From assembly GCA_036386795.1 (NCBI GenBank), contig DASVUZ010000062.1, forward strand, positions 23,710 to 87,709: a DNA stretch of 64,000 bases, in the 5' to 3' direction. Made by a program: the position numbers and the translations under genes. The stretch comes from Allosphingosinicella sp. (GTDB lineage Bacteria; Pseudomonadota; Alphaproteobacteria; Sphingomonadales; Sphingomonadaceae). How positions within the stretch are numbered: the stretch's first letter is position 1; each line of letters opens with the position of its first letter. The notes beneath the pieces are model-generated. The model made no database searches, was not told the DNA's origin, and saw only the letters and a program-made list of their open reading frames with translations. Below are positions 19,614-27,659 of the stretch, one piece after another.

Positions 19614-20354
19614 TCAGAAGGGCAGCCAGCGATTCTTCTGGCTGAAGCGCATGTAGCCGGCGTTCACGCCCAGGCGGGCGCCCACTCCGACCCGGACCGG
19701 GATCAGGACGACATCGCCGCGCCGCAAGTAGCTCGCGGTGAATCCGCCGACGACATAGGCGTTGCCCTCGGCGGCCGGATAGCGGCGGAACAGCCGGGCG
19801 CTGTCGTGGAGGTTGTAGACCAGCACGAACACCTTGTCGGCATTGGCCCCGAAGTCGAAGCCGACCGACGGGCCGGTCCAGTAGACCGGGCGGTCGCCCT
19901 CGATCTGGTGGTGGAGAGTGCCCGAGCCGTAGCGGACTCCGGCGATGAACGCTCCGCCCGCCTCGCGGCCGGTGATGTAGGCGCTGGGCTCGCCCTGCTT
20001 TCGAAGAAGGTCCTCGATCAGGTCGGCCAGGCCCTCGGCGCCCTTTCCGAACACGCCCTCGGCGGCGCTGAACACGTCCTTGCGCGGAATGGTCGGGGCC
20101 GCGGCGGCGGGAGCCGGCCCCTCGGCGGCGGGGGCGGCCTCGGCCGGCTCGCCCTCGGCCGAGTCCCGCGGGCCGGAATCGACCGGCTGATATTCGCTCT
20201 CGTCGGCCTCCCAGCCGGGCTCGGCGGCGGTCGCCGGCGGCGCCGGTCCGGCGGCGGTGTTGGGATCGATGGTGGAAACCTGGGCGGGCGAGGCGGCGGC
20301 GGCCAGCGCCAGCGCGGCCGCGGCCGCGAGCCTCAACAACATGGGCCTCAGCAT
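19614..20354 (-). CDS. eipA: DUF1134 (EipA-like) exported protein
   Basis: Signal peptide; GREAGGAF..GVRYGSG, YWTGPSVGFDFG, AAEGNAYVVGG, GARLGVNAGY. Confidence 0.8.
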   Translation of the reverse strand: MLRPMLLRLAAAAALALAAAASPAQVSTIDPNTAAGPAPPATAAEPGWEADESEYQPVDSGPRDSAEGEPAEAAPAAEGPAPAAAAPTIPRKDVFSAAEGVFGKGAEGLADLIEDLLRKQGEPSAYITGREAGGAFIAGVRYGSGTLHHQIEGDRPVYWTGPSVGFDFGANADKVFVLVYNLHDSARLFRRYPAAEGNAYVVGGFTASYLRRGDVVLIPVRVGVGARLGVNAGYMRFSQKNRWLPF

Positions 20355-20617
20355 GTCTCTACTCCCCCTTGCGCTCGGGGAAGGAAGCTAATGCCGCCAG
20401 AGCTTTCGCCGCAATGAACGGGCGACGACCCGAGTCGATATTGCGCCGGAACGGTTTGACGGGGCCGCTTTTTCGGTCCCGGCGGGGTCCTTGCCGTAAG
20501 ACTCCGGGCTTCGGATTGCGGAAAATCCCGGGTCTTTCCGCGGGGCGGGCGGGCCCCGGCCCAAGCTTGGTTGAACGATCGGATCGCCGCCTATATAGGC
20601 CCTGCTTCGGCGCGCCT

Positions 20618-20710
20618 GGAGACGTGGGTGAGTGGCTGAAACCAGCGGTTTGCTAAACCGCCGTAGGGGGATTACTCCTACCGAGGGTTCGAATCCCTCC
20701 GTCTCCGCCA
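20618..20710 (+). tRNA. tRNA-Ser(GCT)
   Basis: GGAGACG acceptor stem, GAGTGG D-loop, GCGGT-TTGCTAA-ACCGC anticodon arm, long variable arm, GTTCGAATC, encoded CCA. Confidence 0.97.
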
Positions 20711-20715
20711 GAGCC
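20696..20715 (+). repeat. attL core (20-bp direct repeat)
   Basis: CCTCCGTCTCCGCCAGAGCC, identical to 59249-59268. Confidence 0.92.
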
Positions 20716-20824
20716 ATTATTCGCCGGCGTTCGCCCTCAACCGAAATCCTGTAAAATCCCCTCTGAGGACGGCGCCGCGGCCGTTCGCGAAGGATCGTTG
20801 ACGTTCGCCCTCAGCCGCCATAAA

Positions 20825-20846
20825 GTGTGGGAACATTTGAGGGAGC
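20825..20846 (+). promoter_or_regulatory. Putative integrase arm-type site (left end)
   Basis: GTGTGGGAACATTTGAGGGAGC, two imperfect 11-bp units; 16/22 identical to 59185-59206 and 17/22 to 39450-39471. Confidence 0.55.
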
Positions 20847-20850
20847 GGAA

Positions 20851-22032
20851 ATGGCCGGTCTCACCGTCACCGAAGTCAGGAACGCCAAGCCCGGGCGCCA
20901 TGCGGACGGGAAGGGGCTGTACCTGCTGGTGAAGCCCAGCGGGGCGAAATCCTGGGTCATGCGGGTCCAGGTGGGCGGAAGGCGCCGCGATTACGGCCTC
21001 GGCTCCGTCGATATCGTCTCCCTGGCGGAAGCTCGGGACCGGGCGCTGGAGTGCCGGAAGATGGCCAAGAACGGCCTCGACCCTTCTCTCGAGCGCAAGA
21101 AAGCCCAGAGGGCGATCCCGACTTTCGAGGAGGCCGCCCGTAGCTACCACGAGGCGGTCAAGGCGAGCTGGCGCAACGGAAAGCATGCCGACCAGTGGCT
21201 AAGCACCCTCGTGGCCCACGCCTTCCCCACGATCGGGGCGATTCGCGTCGACCATATCGAAGCTCCCACAGTCCAGTCCGTGCTCCTGCCGATCTGGCTC
21301 ACCCTGCCGGAGACGGCCCGGCGCGTCCGGCAGCGAATCGGCTCGGTCCTCGACTTCGCCCACGGCCAGGGCTGGCGGGCCACCGAAACTCCGCGGAACG
21401 CGATCAACTCGCTGATGAAGCGGATCAAGCAGCCGCGCCGAAGCGGCGGCTTCGCGGCCATGCCCTATGCCGAGCTCCCCGCATTCATGGATGGGTTGCG
21501 CTCCGAATCGCCCACGGTCGGCCGGCTCGCCCTCCAGTTCCTGATCCTTACCGCGGCACGTTCGGGCGAGGTCCGCGGCGCCCGCTGGGAGGAAATCGAC
21601 CTCGAAAAGGCCCAGTGGAACATCCCGGCGAACCGGATGAAGTCTGGCGAGGCGCACAGCGTGCCCCTCACCCCGGCCGCCGTCGAGGTTCTTCGGCAGG
21701 TGAGAGAGATCACGCCGATTCGCAAGGGGCAGCCGATCTTCCCCGGCCTGAAGGGCAAGCCGCTCAGCGACGCGACCCTGGCCAAGGTGCTCCGCGTCGG
21801 CGGCGGCGACTCCTACACCGTCCACGGCATGCGCTCGACCTTCCGCGACTGGCTCGCCGAGCAGACCAGCTTCCCCGGCGACTGGGCCGAGGCGGCGCTG
21901 GCCCACACCCTCTCGAACAAGGTCGAGGCCGCCTACAAGCGCACCAAGTTCCTCGAGCAGCGGCGCAAGCTCATGGCGGCTTGGAGCGATCACCTCGCCG
22001 CAGCCTCGAACGTCGTCAGCTTGGCCGGGTGA
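20851..22032 (+). CDS. P4-like tyrosine integrase with N-terminal arm-binding domain
   Basis: GLYLLVKPSGAKSW; catalytic R (ARSGE), HGMR, LAH, AY. Confidence 0.95.
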   Translation: MAGLTVTEVRNAKPGRHADGKGLYLLVKPSGAKSWVMRVQVGGRRRDYGLGSVDIVSLAEARDRALECRKMAKNGLDPSLERKKAQRAIPTFEEAARSYHEAVKASWRNGKHADQWLSTLVAHAFPTIGAIRVDHIEAPTVQSVLLPIWLTLPETARRVRQRIGSVLDFAHGQGWRATETPRNAINSLMKRIKQPRRSGGFAAMPYAELPAFMDGLRSESPTVGRLALQFLILTAARSGEVRGARWEEIDLEKAQWNIPANRMKSGEAHSVPLTPAAVEVLRQVREITPIRKGQPIFPGLKGKPLSDATLAKVLRVGGGDSYTVHGMRSTFRDWLAEQTSFPGDWAEAALAHTLSNKVEAAYKRTKFLEQRRKLMAAWSDHLAAASNVVSLAG

Positions 22033-22041
22033 CGACAGGCA

Positions 22042-22692
22042 ATGGCGGCAAAGCGAGCTGCGGAGTCGCCAGAATGGATTACGCCCGGTGAAGGACTGGG
22101 CGCTCTCCTAAAGGCGGGGCGCCGGCCGGACGAGGCCAGGGTCGTTATTTTCCGGGGACTTCAAACAGAGAGCTTCCTCGGTCGGGCAAAACGCATTGTG
22201 AGCGAATACTCCGATGGCACCGTCACGGAGCATCTCGATCACGCAGTCCCAGGCCAAGTCTGGCAACGCTGCCCGCTCCCTCCTTATGGTCACCTATTCT
22301 GGTCGGCCGGCGACATCCGCATGGATCCAATGCCGCTGCCCGACGAAACCGTGGTAAAGGTTCACGGCGAGCCCATCGATCTTCCGTTCGGCTACTTGCC
22401 CCCGATTGTTACGGTAACGGGCTTTCGAATACCGCTGCTCGCGGTGGTGGAACTCGGCGGCATCTTCGATCGCCCAGCTGGCCGAGGCCGCCGGCCCGGC
22501 GTCGGCGGATTCGCGAAAGCCGACGCACCCCTGGTCGAGGAGATGCATCAGCTCCTGCTGGACGGCGCCGTTGGCTCTGTTCATGCGGCCGCGGTCCAAG
22601 TCACGCCTAAGGCTATTGGGACCGGCGAGCCGGAGGCAAGGGCGAGACGTCTCGCCAAACGCTACAAAGAGGTCTTCCCGGACGCTCCATAA
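22042..22692 (+). CDS. Hypothetical protein of the element core
   Basis: 216-aa ORF directly after the integrase; possible DNA-binding C-terminus (GRGRRPG...RRLAKRY). Confidence 0.6.
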   Translation: MAAKRAAESPEWITPGEGLGALLKAGRRPDEARVVIFRGLQTESFLGRAKRIVSEYSDGTVTEHLDHAVPGQVWQRCPLPPYGHLFWSAGDIRMDPMPLPDETVVKVHGEPIDLPFGYLPPIVTVTGFRIPLLAVVELGGIFDRPAGRGRRPGVGGFAKADAPLVEEMHQLLLDGAVGSVHAAAVQVTPKAIGTGEPEARARRLAKRYKEVFPDAP

Positions 22693-22778
22693 GACGCACT
22701 TAAACTTCAAAGACATTCGCCGACGGTTGTGGAGATTCGGCACCGGTCGCCGGCATCCCTGCCGGCACGGAGGCAGGA

Positions 22779-22946
22779 ATGGAAAAGATCGCAGTTTCGA
22801 TCGGGGAGGCAGGCAGGTCGATCGGGATCGGCCGGACCAAGGTGTACGAGCTGATCAACGAGGGGCGTCTGAAGACTTTCAAGCTGGGTCGGCGCACCTT
22901 GGTGACGGTGGCGTCGATCCACGCGCTCATCGCCTCGGTCTCCTGA
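22779..22946 (+). CDS. AlpA/excisionase-like HTH protein (55 aa, below the ORF-track cut-off)
   Basis: MEKIAVSIGEAGRSIGIGRTKVYELINEGRLKTFKLGRRTLVTVASIHALIASVS; purine-rich RBS upstream. Confidence 0.85.
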   Translation: MEKIAVSIGEAGRSIGIGRTKVYELINEGRLKTFKLGRRTLVTVASIHALIASVS

Positions 22947-22959
22947 GCGGCGTCGGATC

Positions 22960-23517
22960 ATGGGCTCCCGAAGGCGCCGGGGCGCCAAGTCCGACCATCG
23001 CGCCGACACGAGGGGCGGCCGCTTCGTGGGCCTCCCGCACGTCGTCCTTGAGAGCGAGGCCTACCGGCATTTGTCTCCCATCGAACGGGCAGTTCTCGTC
23101 GAGATCCTCGCCAGGTTCACCGGATACAATAATGGCGAGATAGCAATCAGCTATCGGGAGCTCGCGCATCGTCTCAATCGGAAGAACGAGGCGCCTTTCG
23201 GCCCAGCTGTCGCCAAGCTGATCGTCCACGGTCTCATCGACATCACCACGGAGGCGCGATGGAAGGACCGGCGCGCTCGGGAATATCGATTGACCTTCAT
23301 CAGCACCACCGACGGCGCGGGCCGGCACGTTGCGGCGACGAACGAATACCGGTCATGGGTGCCGGAAGAAAGAATCAGCACTACCGACGTGGTAGCAGCA
23401 CCAGCGGAATCTACTACGACATCGGTAGTAGCCGTTGCGCAGCCCGCTACCGCGTCGGTAGCAGCCCGCACGCAAATCCGAGGATCCCGGCCTCCTCGCC
23501 TACTACTGGTGCGGTAG
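22960..23517 (+). CDS. Winged-HTH protein, putative replication initiator
   Basis: RFVGLPHVVLES..Y..LS, NNGEIAISYRELAHRL; the 3' end carries 33-bp-spaced palindromic repeats. Confidence 0.6.
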   Translation: MGSRRRRGAKSDHRADTRGGRFVGLPHVVLESEAYRHLSPIERAVLVEILARFTGYNNGEIAISYRELAHRLNRKNEAPFGPAVAKLIVHGLIDITTEARWKDRRAREYRLTFISTTDGAGRHVAATNEYRSWVPEERISTTDVVAAPAESTTTSVVAVAQPATASVAARTQIRGSRPPRLLLVR

Positions 23518-23535
23518 CCCTTATAAATAACCATA
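23381..23535. repeat. Four iteron-like CTAC-N6-GGTAG repeats plus AT-rich tract (putative ori)
   Basis: CTAC at 23381, 23414, 23447, 23503 (spacing 33, 33, 56); TTATAAATAA at 23521-23530. Confidence 0.65.
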
Positions 23536-23928
23536 GGGTGGGTGCCGGCGAAGCATGCTCGCCCGGTCGCGCGCTACCCATAAGCGCCGTAGCGATCGGG
23601 CGAGCTTGCGAGTCGCTGCCGCTCACGCCTGCGGATAGTCGAGGGACTTCGCCCTTCTTCTCGCACGCGCCAGCGTGCGCCCGGTCACTCGCGGGCTGGA
23701 CCCGCCCATGCCGCCCGCGACCGCCAAACATGCCACTCGACACCGCGCGGTGTCCAAGCCGAAGGTTTCCTTTACCCTGACTTTACCGACCGGGCGCAAC
23801 GTGAACCGTCTCGTCGCACCCAGGGTGTTGATACGAGGGGCTTTTTTGGCATTTTGGCACTTTCTGCCGGGTGAAGTGGGTAAAGGAATCGGGAGCCCTG
23901 CTTCAGCTCGGACACCGGATCACGGCTA

Positions 23929-24657
23929 TCATGGCTTCGCTCCCCGGCGCAGACGCACCAGCCGGCGCAGATCCGGCATCCACTTGGTCCTGAAGAGCAA
24001 CCAGAAACCGGTGATCGCCAGCCAGATGATCCCGAAGGCGACAGTCACGATGAGCGGGTGGTTGAAGCTGGTCCGGTTCACATAGTCCATGTTGTGGAGC
24101 ATCCAGGCCAAGTCCCAGATCCGCCAGGTGTCGTTCCTCCGCTCGAGCAGCTTCCCTGTCTCGCCGGACACGTAGAAGCTGCTGTTCGCATCATCGCTAA
24201 AGTCGACGCGCCAAATCGGCAGCTTGTGCTCCCTCACGGCGAGCTCCAGCTGGCCCAGCCGCGTCACCGATGAGACCTTGCCGCCGCCGGAATATGCTGC
24301 CCCGGCCACCTTTCTGGCGAGAAGTCCGTCGACTTGGACCGGGCGCCCATCAGCAGCATCGAAGAGCCGAAGGCCGGCAGGGGTCGCCACTTCGAGCACC
24401 CGGCGATCAAGGAGCGGGCGGACCGTGAGGCCGGTGATCGGCTGGCTTCCCAGAGACCGCCGAACCTCGGGCCAGGCGGAGCCGCCAGAGGGCAAGGCCG
24501 GCGCGGCCGCGGCGGGACGTGCCTCACCTCCCGCAACCGTCTCCATGTCGAGGAGCGCCATCGTGGCGCCGCTTACCGTCCAGATCATGAACTGGAGCCC
24601 GAGGATGAGCCCGATCCACTTGTGGATCCGGCGCAGGAGAGGCGCTGAGAGGATCAT
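23929..24657 (-). CDS. PepSY-associated TM protein
   Basis: RRIHKWIGL, W.VSG, WRIWDLAWMLHNMDY. Confidence 0.8.
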   Translation of the reverse strand: MILSAPLLRRIHKWIGLILGLQFMIWTVSGATMALLDMETVAGGEARPAAAAPALPSGGSAWPEVRRSLGSQPITGLTVRPLLDRRVLEVATPAGLRLFDAADGRPVQVDGLLARKVAGAAYSGGGKVSSVTRLGQLELAVREHKLPIWRVDFSDDANSSFYVSGETGKLLERRNDTWRIWDLAWMLHNMDYVNRTSFNHPLIVTVAFGIIWLAITGFWLLFRTKWMPDLRRLVRLRRGAKP

Positions 24658-25364
24658 GGCCGCGCCTTCCTGCGCTTCCGGCGCGGAAAGCTATAGACGA
24701 GTAGCCAAGCGCCGGAGAGGGCCATTAGGGCGGCGGCCCAGGTGAAGGCCCGAAGCAGCGGGTTGTTCACGTTGTCGCGCGTCTCGTAGTCCATGATGTG
24801 GAGCATCCAGGCGAAGTCGAAGACCCGCCACAGCTCGTGCCGGCGCGACACCAGCTCGCCCGTCTGGGGCGAGAAATAGAGCGTCGGCTTGTTCCAGCCG
24901 TCGAAGTCCGCCCGCCACAGGGGCGGCTTCCTGGACCTGATCTCGCCGGGAATCTTGTCGATGAGCGCGACCCTGACCAGCCGCTCGTCGCCGGTGAACC
25001 AGTGATCTGCAAGCTGGCGGATCTGCGCCGCCGAGGGCGGCGGCAGCCTTTCGCCTGTCGTCGCGTCGACCAGCGAGGCTCCTCCCTTCCTCGAGACGAT
25101 GTAGGTCGGCCGGTCGAGCAGCCAGTGAAGCCGAACGCCGTCCGCCCCGGCCACCGATCGGGCCGCCGCGAGCGGGTCGATCAGCCTTGCCGGGTCGATC
25201 GGGCGGGCCGCGGCGTGGCGGATGAAGTGGTCGCCGTGGATGATGTCGATGTGGACGACCGTCATGTAGAGGCCGGTCAGAGTCCAGATCAGCGCCTGGA
25301 GCCCGACGAAGAGTGCCAGCCACTTATGAGTCCGCCTCGCCAGCAATGGTGCCGATATCGCCAA
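24654..25364 (-). CDS. PepSY-associated TM protein (paralogue)
   Basis: RRTHKWLAL, WTLTGLYM, WRVFDFAWMLHIMDY. Confidence 0.8.
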   Translation of the reverse strand: MAISAPLLARRTHKWLALFVGLQALIWTLTGLYMTVVHIDIIHGDHFIRHAAARPIDPARLIDPLAAARSVAGADGVRLHWLLDRPTYIVSRKGGASLVDATTGERLPPPSAAQIRQLADHWFTGDERLVRVALIDKIPGEIRSRKPPLWRADFDGWNKPTLYFSPQTGELVSRRHELWRVFDFAWMLHIMDYETRDNVNNPLLRAFTWAAALMALSGAWLLVYSFPRRKRRKARP

Positions 25365-25439
25365 CCTGAAGCTCCTGCCTGCCTACTCAGCGCAGTCCGG
25401 GGCCACCACTCCGGCCCCGGACCGCCCTTCACTGGAACA

Positions 25440-25835
25440 TCAGCAGTGACCTGCCGCCCGGTGCTCGGGCAAGCATTCCGCTTTCGCCGGGGGAGAAGGC
25501 TCAGCCTTCGGCGCCGCCTTCGGGGCCTCGGCCTTTGGTTTCGGCGCGTCAGCCTTCGCCTTGGGCGGGGCCTTCTGAGGCGCCGGCGGCGCGGGCGCGA
25601 TCTTCACTGCCGCCGGCTCGTTGGCGGCCGCGGGCTCGACCTCGGGCTCCGGCGCGGCGGCGACGTTCGCCTGAACTGCCGCATTCGGGATCTCCGGATC
25701 CACGATCATGCCGTTGTCGACGATGTTCTGCCCATTCGCCGCGGCGTGATTGCCGTGGGACGGCGCCTCGCTCCCGCAACCGGCAGTCAGCGCCAGCAGG
25801 GCGACGCCCAGTCCCAGCTTCGATATGGTCTTCAT
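25440..25835 (-). CDS. Putative metal-binding lipoprotein
   Basis: Lipobox LTAGC, Pro/Ala/Lys linker, C-terminal CLPEHRAAGHC. Confidence 0.7.
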   Translation of the reverse strand: MKTISKLGLGVALLALTAGCGSEAPSHGNHAAANGQNIVDNGMIVDPEIPNAAVQANVAAAPEPEVEPAAANEPAAVKIAPAPPAPQKAPPKAKADAPKPKAEAPKAAPKAEPSPPAKAECLPEHRAAGHC

Positions 25836-25866
25836 CGCTTTCTCCTTCTCAACTCAAATTCAGATT

Positions 25867-26511
25867 TCACCAGTCCATGTGATCGATGCCGTGGACGAGG
25901 GCGCCGCCAAACCATCCCTGGACGACGATCGCTGCCGTGATGCCCGCGAGCGCCGCAATCATTCCCGGCCGCCGGTCGTCTTCCGGCCGCTTCCAGGCCC
26001 AGATCGCCAGCGTGAGCCCGGAGAGGCCAATGGCGGTCCCGAGCCAGCGGTGGACGCGAAGCAGCGGGTCCGTGTCCGTCAGGGTCAGTCCGCCGGTGAG
26101 CCAGCCCAGCACCATCGCAATCGGAGCGATGATCCCGCCGGCCACGACCAGAAATTGGACCGGGGCCGCAAAGGCGGGTCTCCTTCGGCCGACGATCGCG
26201 GTGAATAAGGCGGCCGGGAAGAACGCGAGCGGGAAGTGGATGACGATCGGATGCAGCCGGCCCAGCCAGTCGCCGAACCGCTCCAGCGTCGACATTTCGG
26301 CGCGATCCTCGTCCATCTTCTCCATCATGCTGCTCATGTCGTGGCCGGCCATGGGGGCGTCCGTCGCTCCTGCGGCGCCTGAAACCGACCCCTGCTGAGC
26401 CGCCGCCGGGGGAGCATGCCTCTCCTTCTTGTGAGCGGCCGCAGGCGACACGCCGAGGGCAAGGGCGGCCAGCCAGAGCGCGATCAGCGCCGCCAGGCGG
26501 GTCAGAACCAT
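25867..26511 (-). CDS. DUF2231 membrane protein
   Basis: LHPIVIHFP, HRWLG, QGWFGGALVHG; Met/His-rich N-terminal linker. Confidence 0.8.
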   Translation of the reverse strand: MVLTRLAALIALWLAALALGVSPAAAHKKERHAPPAAAQQGSVSGAAGATDAPMAGHDMSSMMEKMDEDRAEMSTLERFGDWLGRLHPIVIHFPLAFFPAALFTAIVGRRRPAFAAPVQFLVVAGGIIAPIAMVLGWLTGGLTLTDTDPLLRVHRWLGTAIGLSGLTLAIWAWKRPEDDRRPGMIAALAGITAAIVVQGWFGGALVHGIDHMDW

Positions 26512-27659
26512 GCCCTCACTCCCACCAGGAAGTTCAAGCCTCCGGCCCGGTCGCCGGCGGCGCGGCGGAAGTCAGCGGTGTCGCCGAAGGCGCGCTCGTA
26601 AGCGACGCCGACATAGGGCGCGAACTCGGGCACGATCTCGTAGCGGAGGCGAAGCCCGAGCTCGGCGGTGGAGAGGCCCGAGCCGATTCCCAGCTCTGGG
26701 ACATCCTGGGCGGCAAGGTCGAACTCGATTCGCGGCTGCAGGATCAGCTTCTGGGTCAGCCGCTGGTCGTACTCGGCCTCGAAGCGGGCCGTGACGTCGC
26801 CCTTGTGGGAGACGAACGCCGCGGCATCGATCTCGAACCAGTAGGGAGCAAGCCCCTCGATCCCCAGCACCAGGTGCGCCCGCTCCGGATCCGGCCGGAA
26901 GTCGTAGCGAACGCCTGCCTGCAGATTCCACCATGGATTGATGGCCCGGCTCCAGAGCGCCTGGACCTCGGCATGCTCGGGGCTGCGGCCGAACTCGCCC
27001 TCGAGCTCGGTCTTCAGCCAGAGCTTGTTGATGTCGCCGCCATACCAGGCCTCGCCCTCGACCAGATAGCCGTCGCGGCCCTTCCTGATCCGCGCCTCGA
27101 CCTGGTCGAGCATCACCTTCGAGGTGACGATCGAACCATGCTCCCCACGAAGCTCTTCCCGCGCCTCGGCCATCGACTCGCGGCCGAAGACCGCGTCTGC
27201 GGCATGGGCAGGGCCCGAGAGTGCACCGGGCGGCGGAGGTGCAACCGGGGGAGCGGGCATCTCCCCGCCCATCGTGTGGCCCGCATGCGGATCGGGGACC
27301 GCGGGCGCTGGCCCAGCAGGCAGCATGCAATGACCCATGGCCGCATGTTCCGGCGAGCAGGCCGGCGCAGTCGCCGGTACCGCCGCGGGCGCAGGCGCAG
27401 GCGACGGCAAGGTGCAATGCCCCATCGCGGCATGCTCGGGCGAGCAAGTCTGAGCTGGCGCCGGAGTGAGAGCCGGCGATGGCGTCGGAGCTGAAGCGGG
27501 CAGCTTGCAGTGACCCATTGCCGCGTGCTCGGGGCTGCAGGTCACCGTCGCCGGCGGGGCAGGTGCCTGAGTCGGCGCAGGCGCCGCGTGTCCCGCATGC
27601 TGCGCCAGGGCCGGGCTCGCCAGACTCGTGGCGAGGAGAAAGGGGATCAAGCGCTTCAT
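26502..27659 (-). CDS. copB: Copper resistance outer-membrane protein B
   Basis: GEAWYGGDINKLWLK, GLAPYWFE, EYDQRLTQKLILQP, GLRLRYEI..EFAPYVGV, terminal WF; three CSPEHAAMGHC repeats. Confidence 0.93.
   Translation of the reverse strand: MKRLIPFLLATSLASPALAQHAGHAAPAPTQAPAPPATVTCSPEHAAMGHCKLPASAPTPSPALTPAPAQTCSPEHAAMGHCTLPSPAPAPAAVPATAPACSPEHAAMGHCMLPAGPAPAVPDPHAGHTMGGEMPAPPVAPPPPGALSGPAHAADAVFGRESMAEAREELRGEHGSIVTSKVMLDQVEARIRKGRDGYLVEGEAWYGGDINKLWLKTELEGEFGRSPEHAEVQALWSRAINPWWNLQAGVRYDFRPDPERAHLVLGIEGLAPYWFEIDAAAFVSHKGDVTARFEAEYDQRLTQKLILQPRIEFDLAAQDVPELGIGSGLSTAELGLRLRYEIVPEFAPYVGVAYERAFGDTADFRRAAGDRAGGLNFLVGVRAWF

Noticed and set aside
23640-23928. oriT or relaxase remnant after the putative origin
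   Set aside because: Short repeats (TTTTGGCA twice) are present, but no nic-like motif or relaxase ORF could be supported
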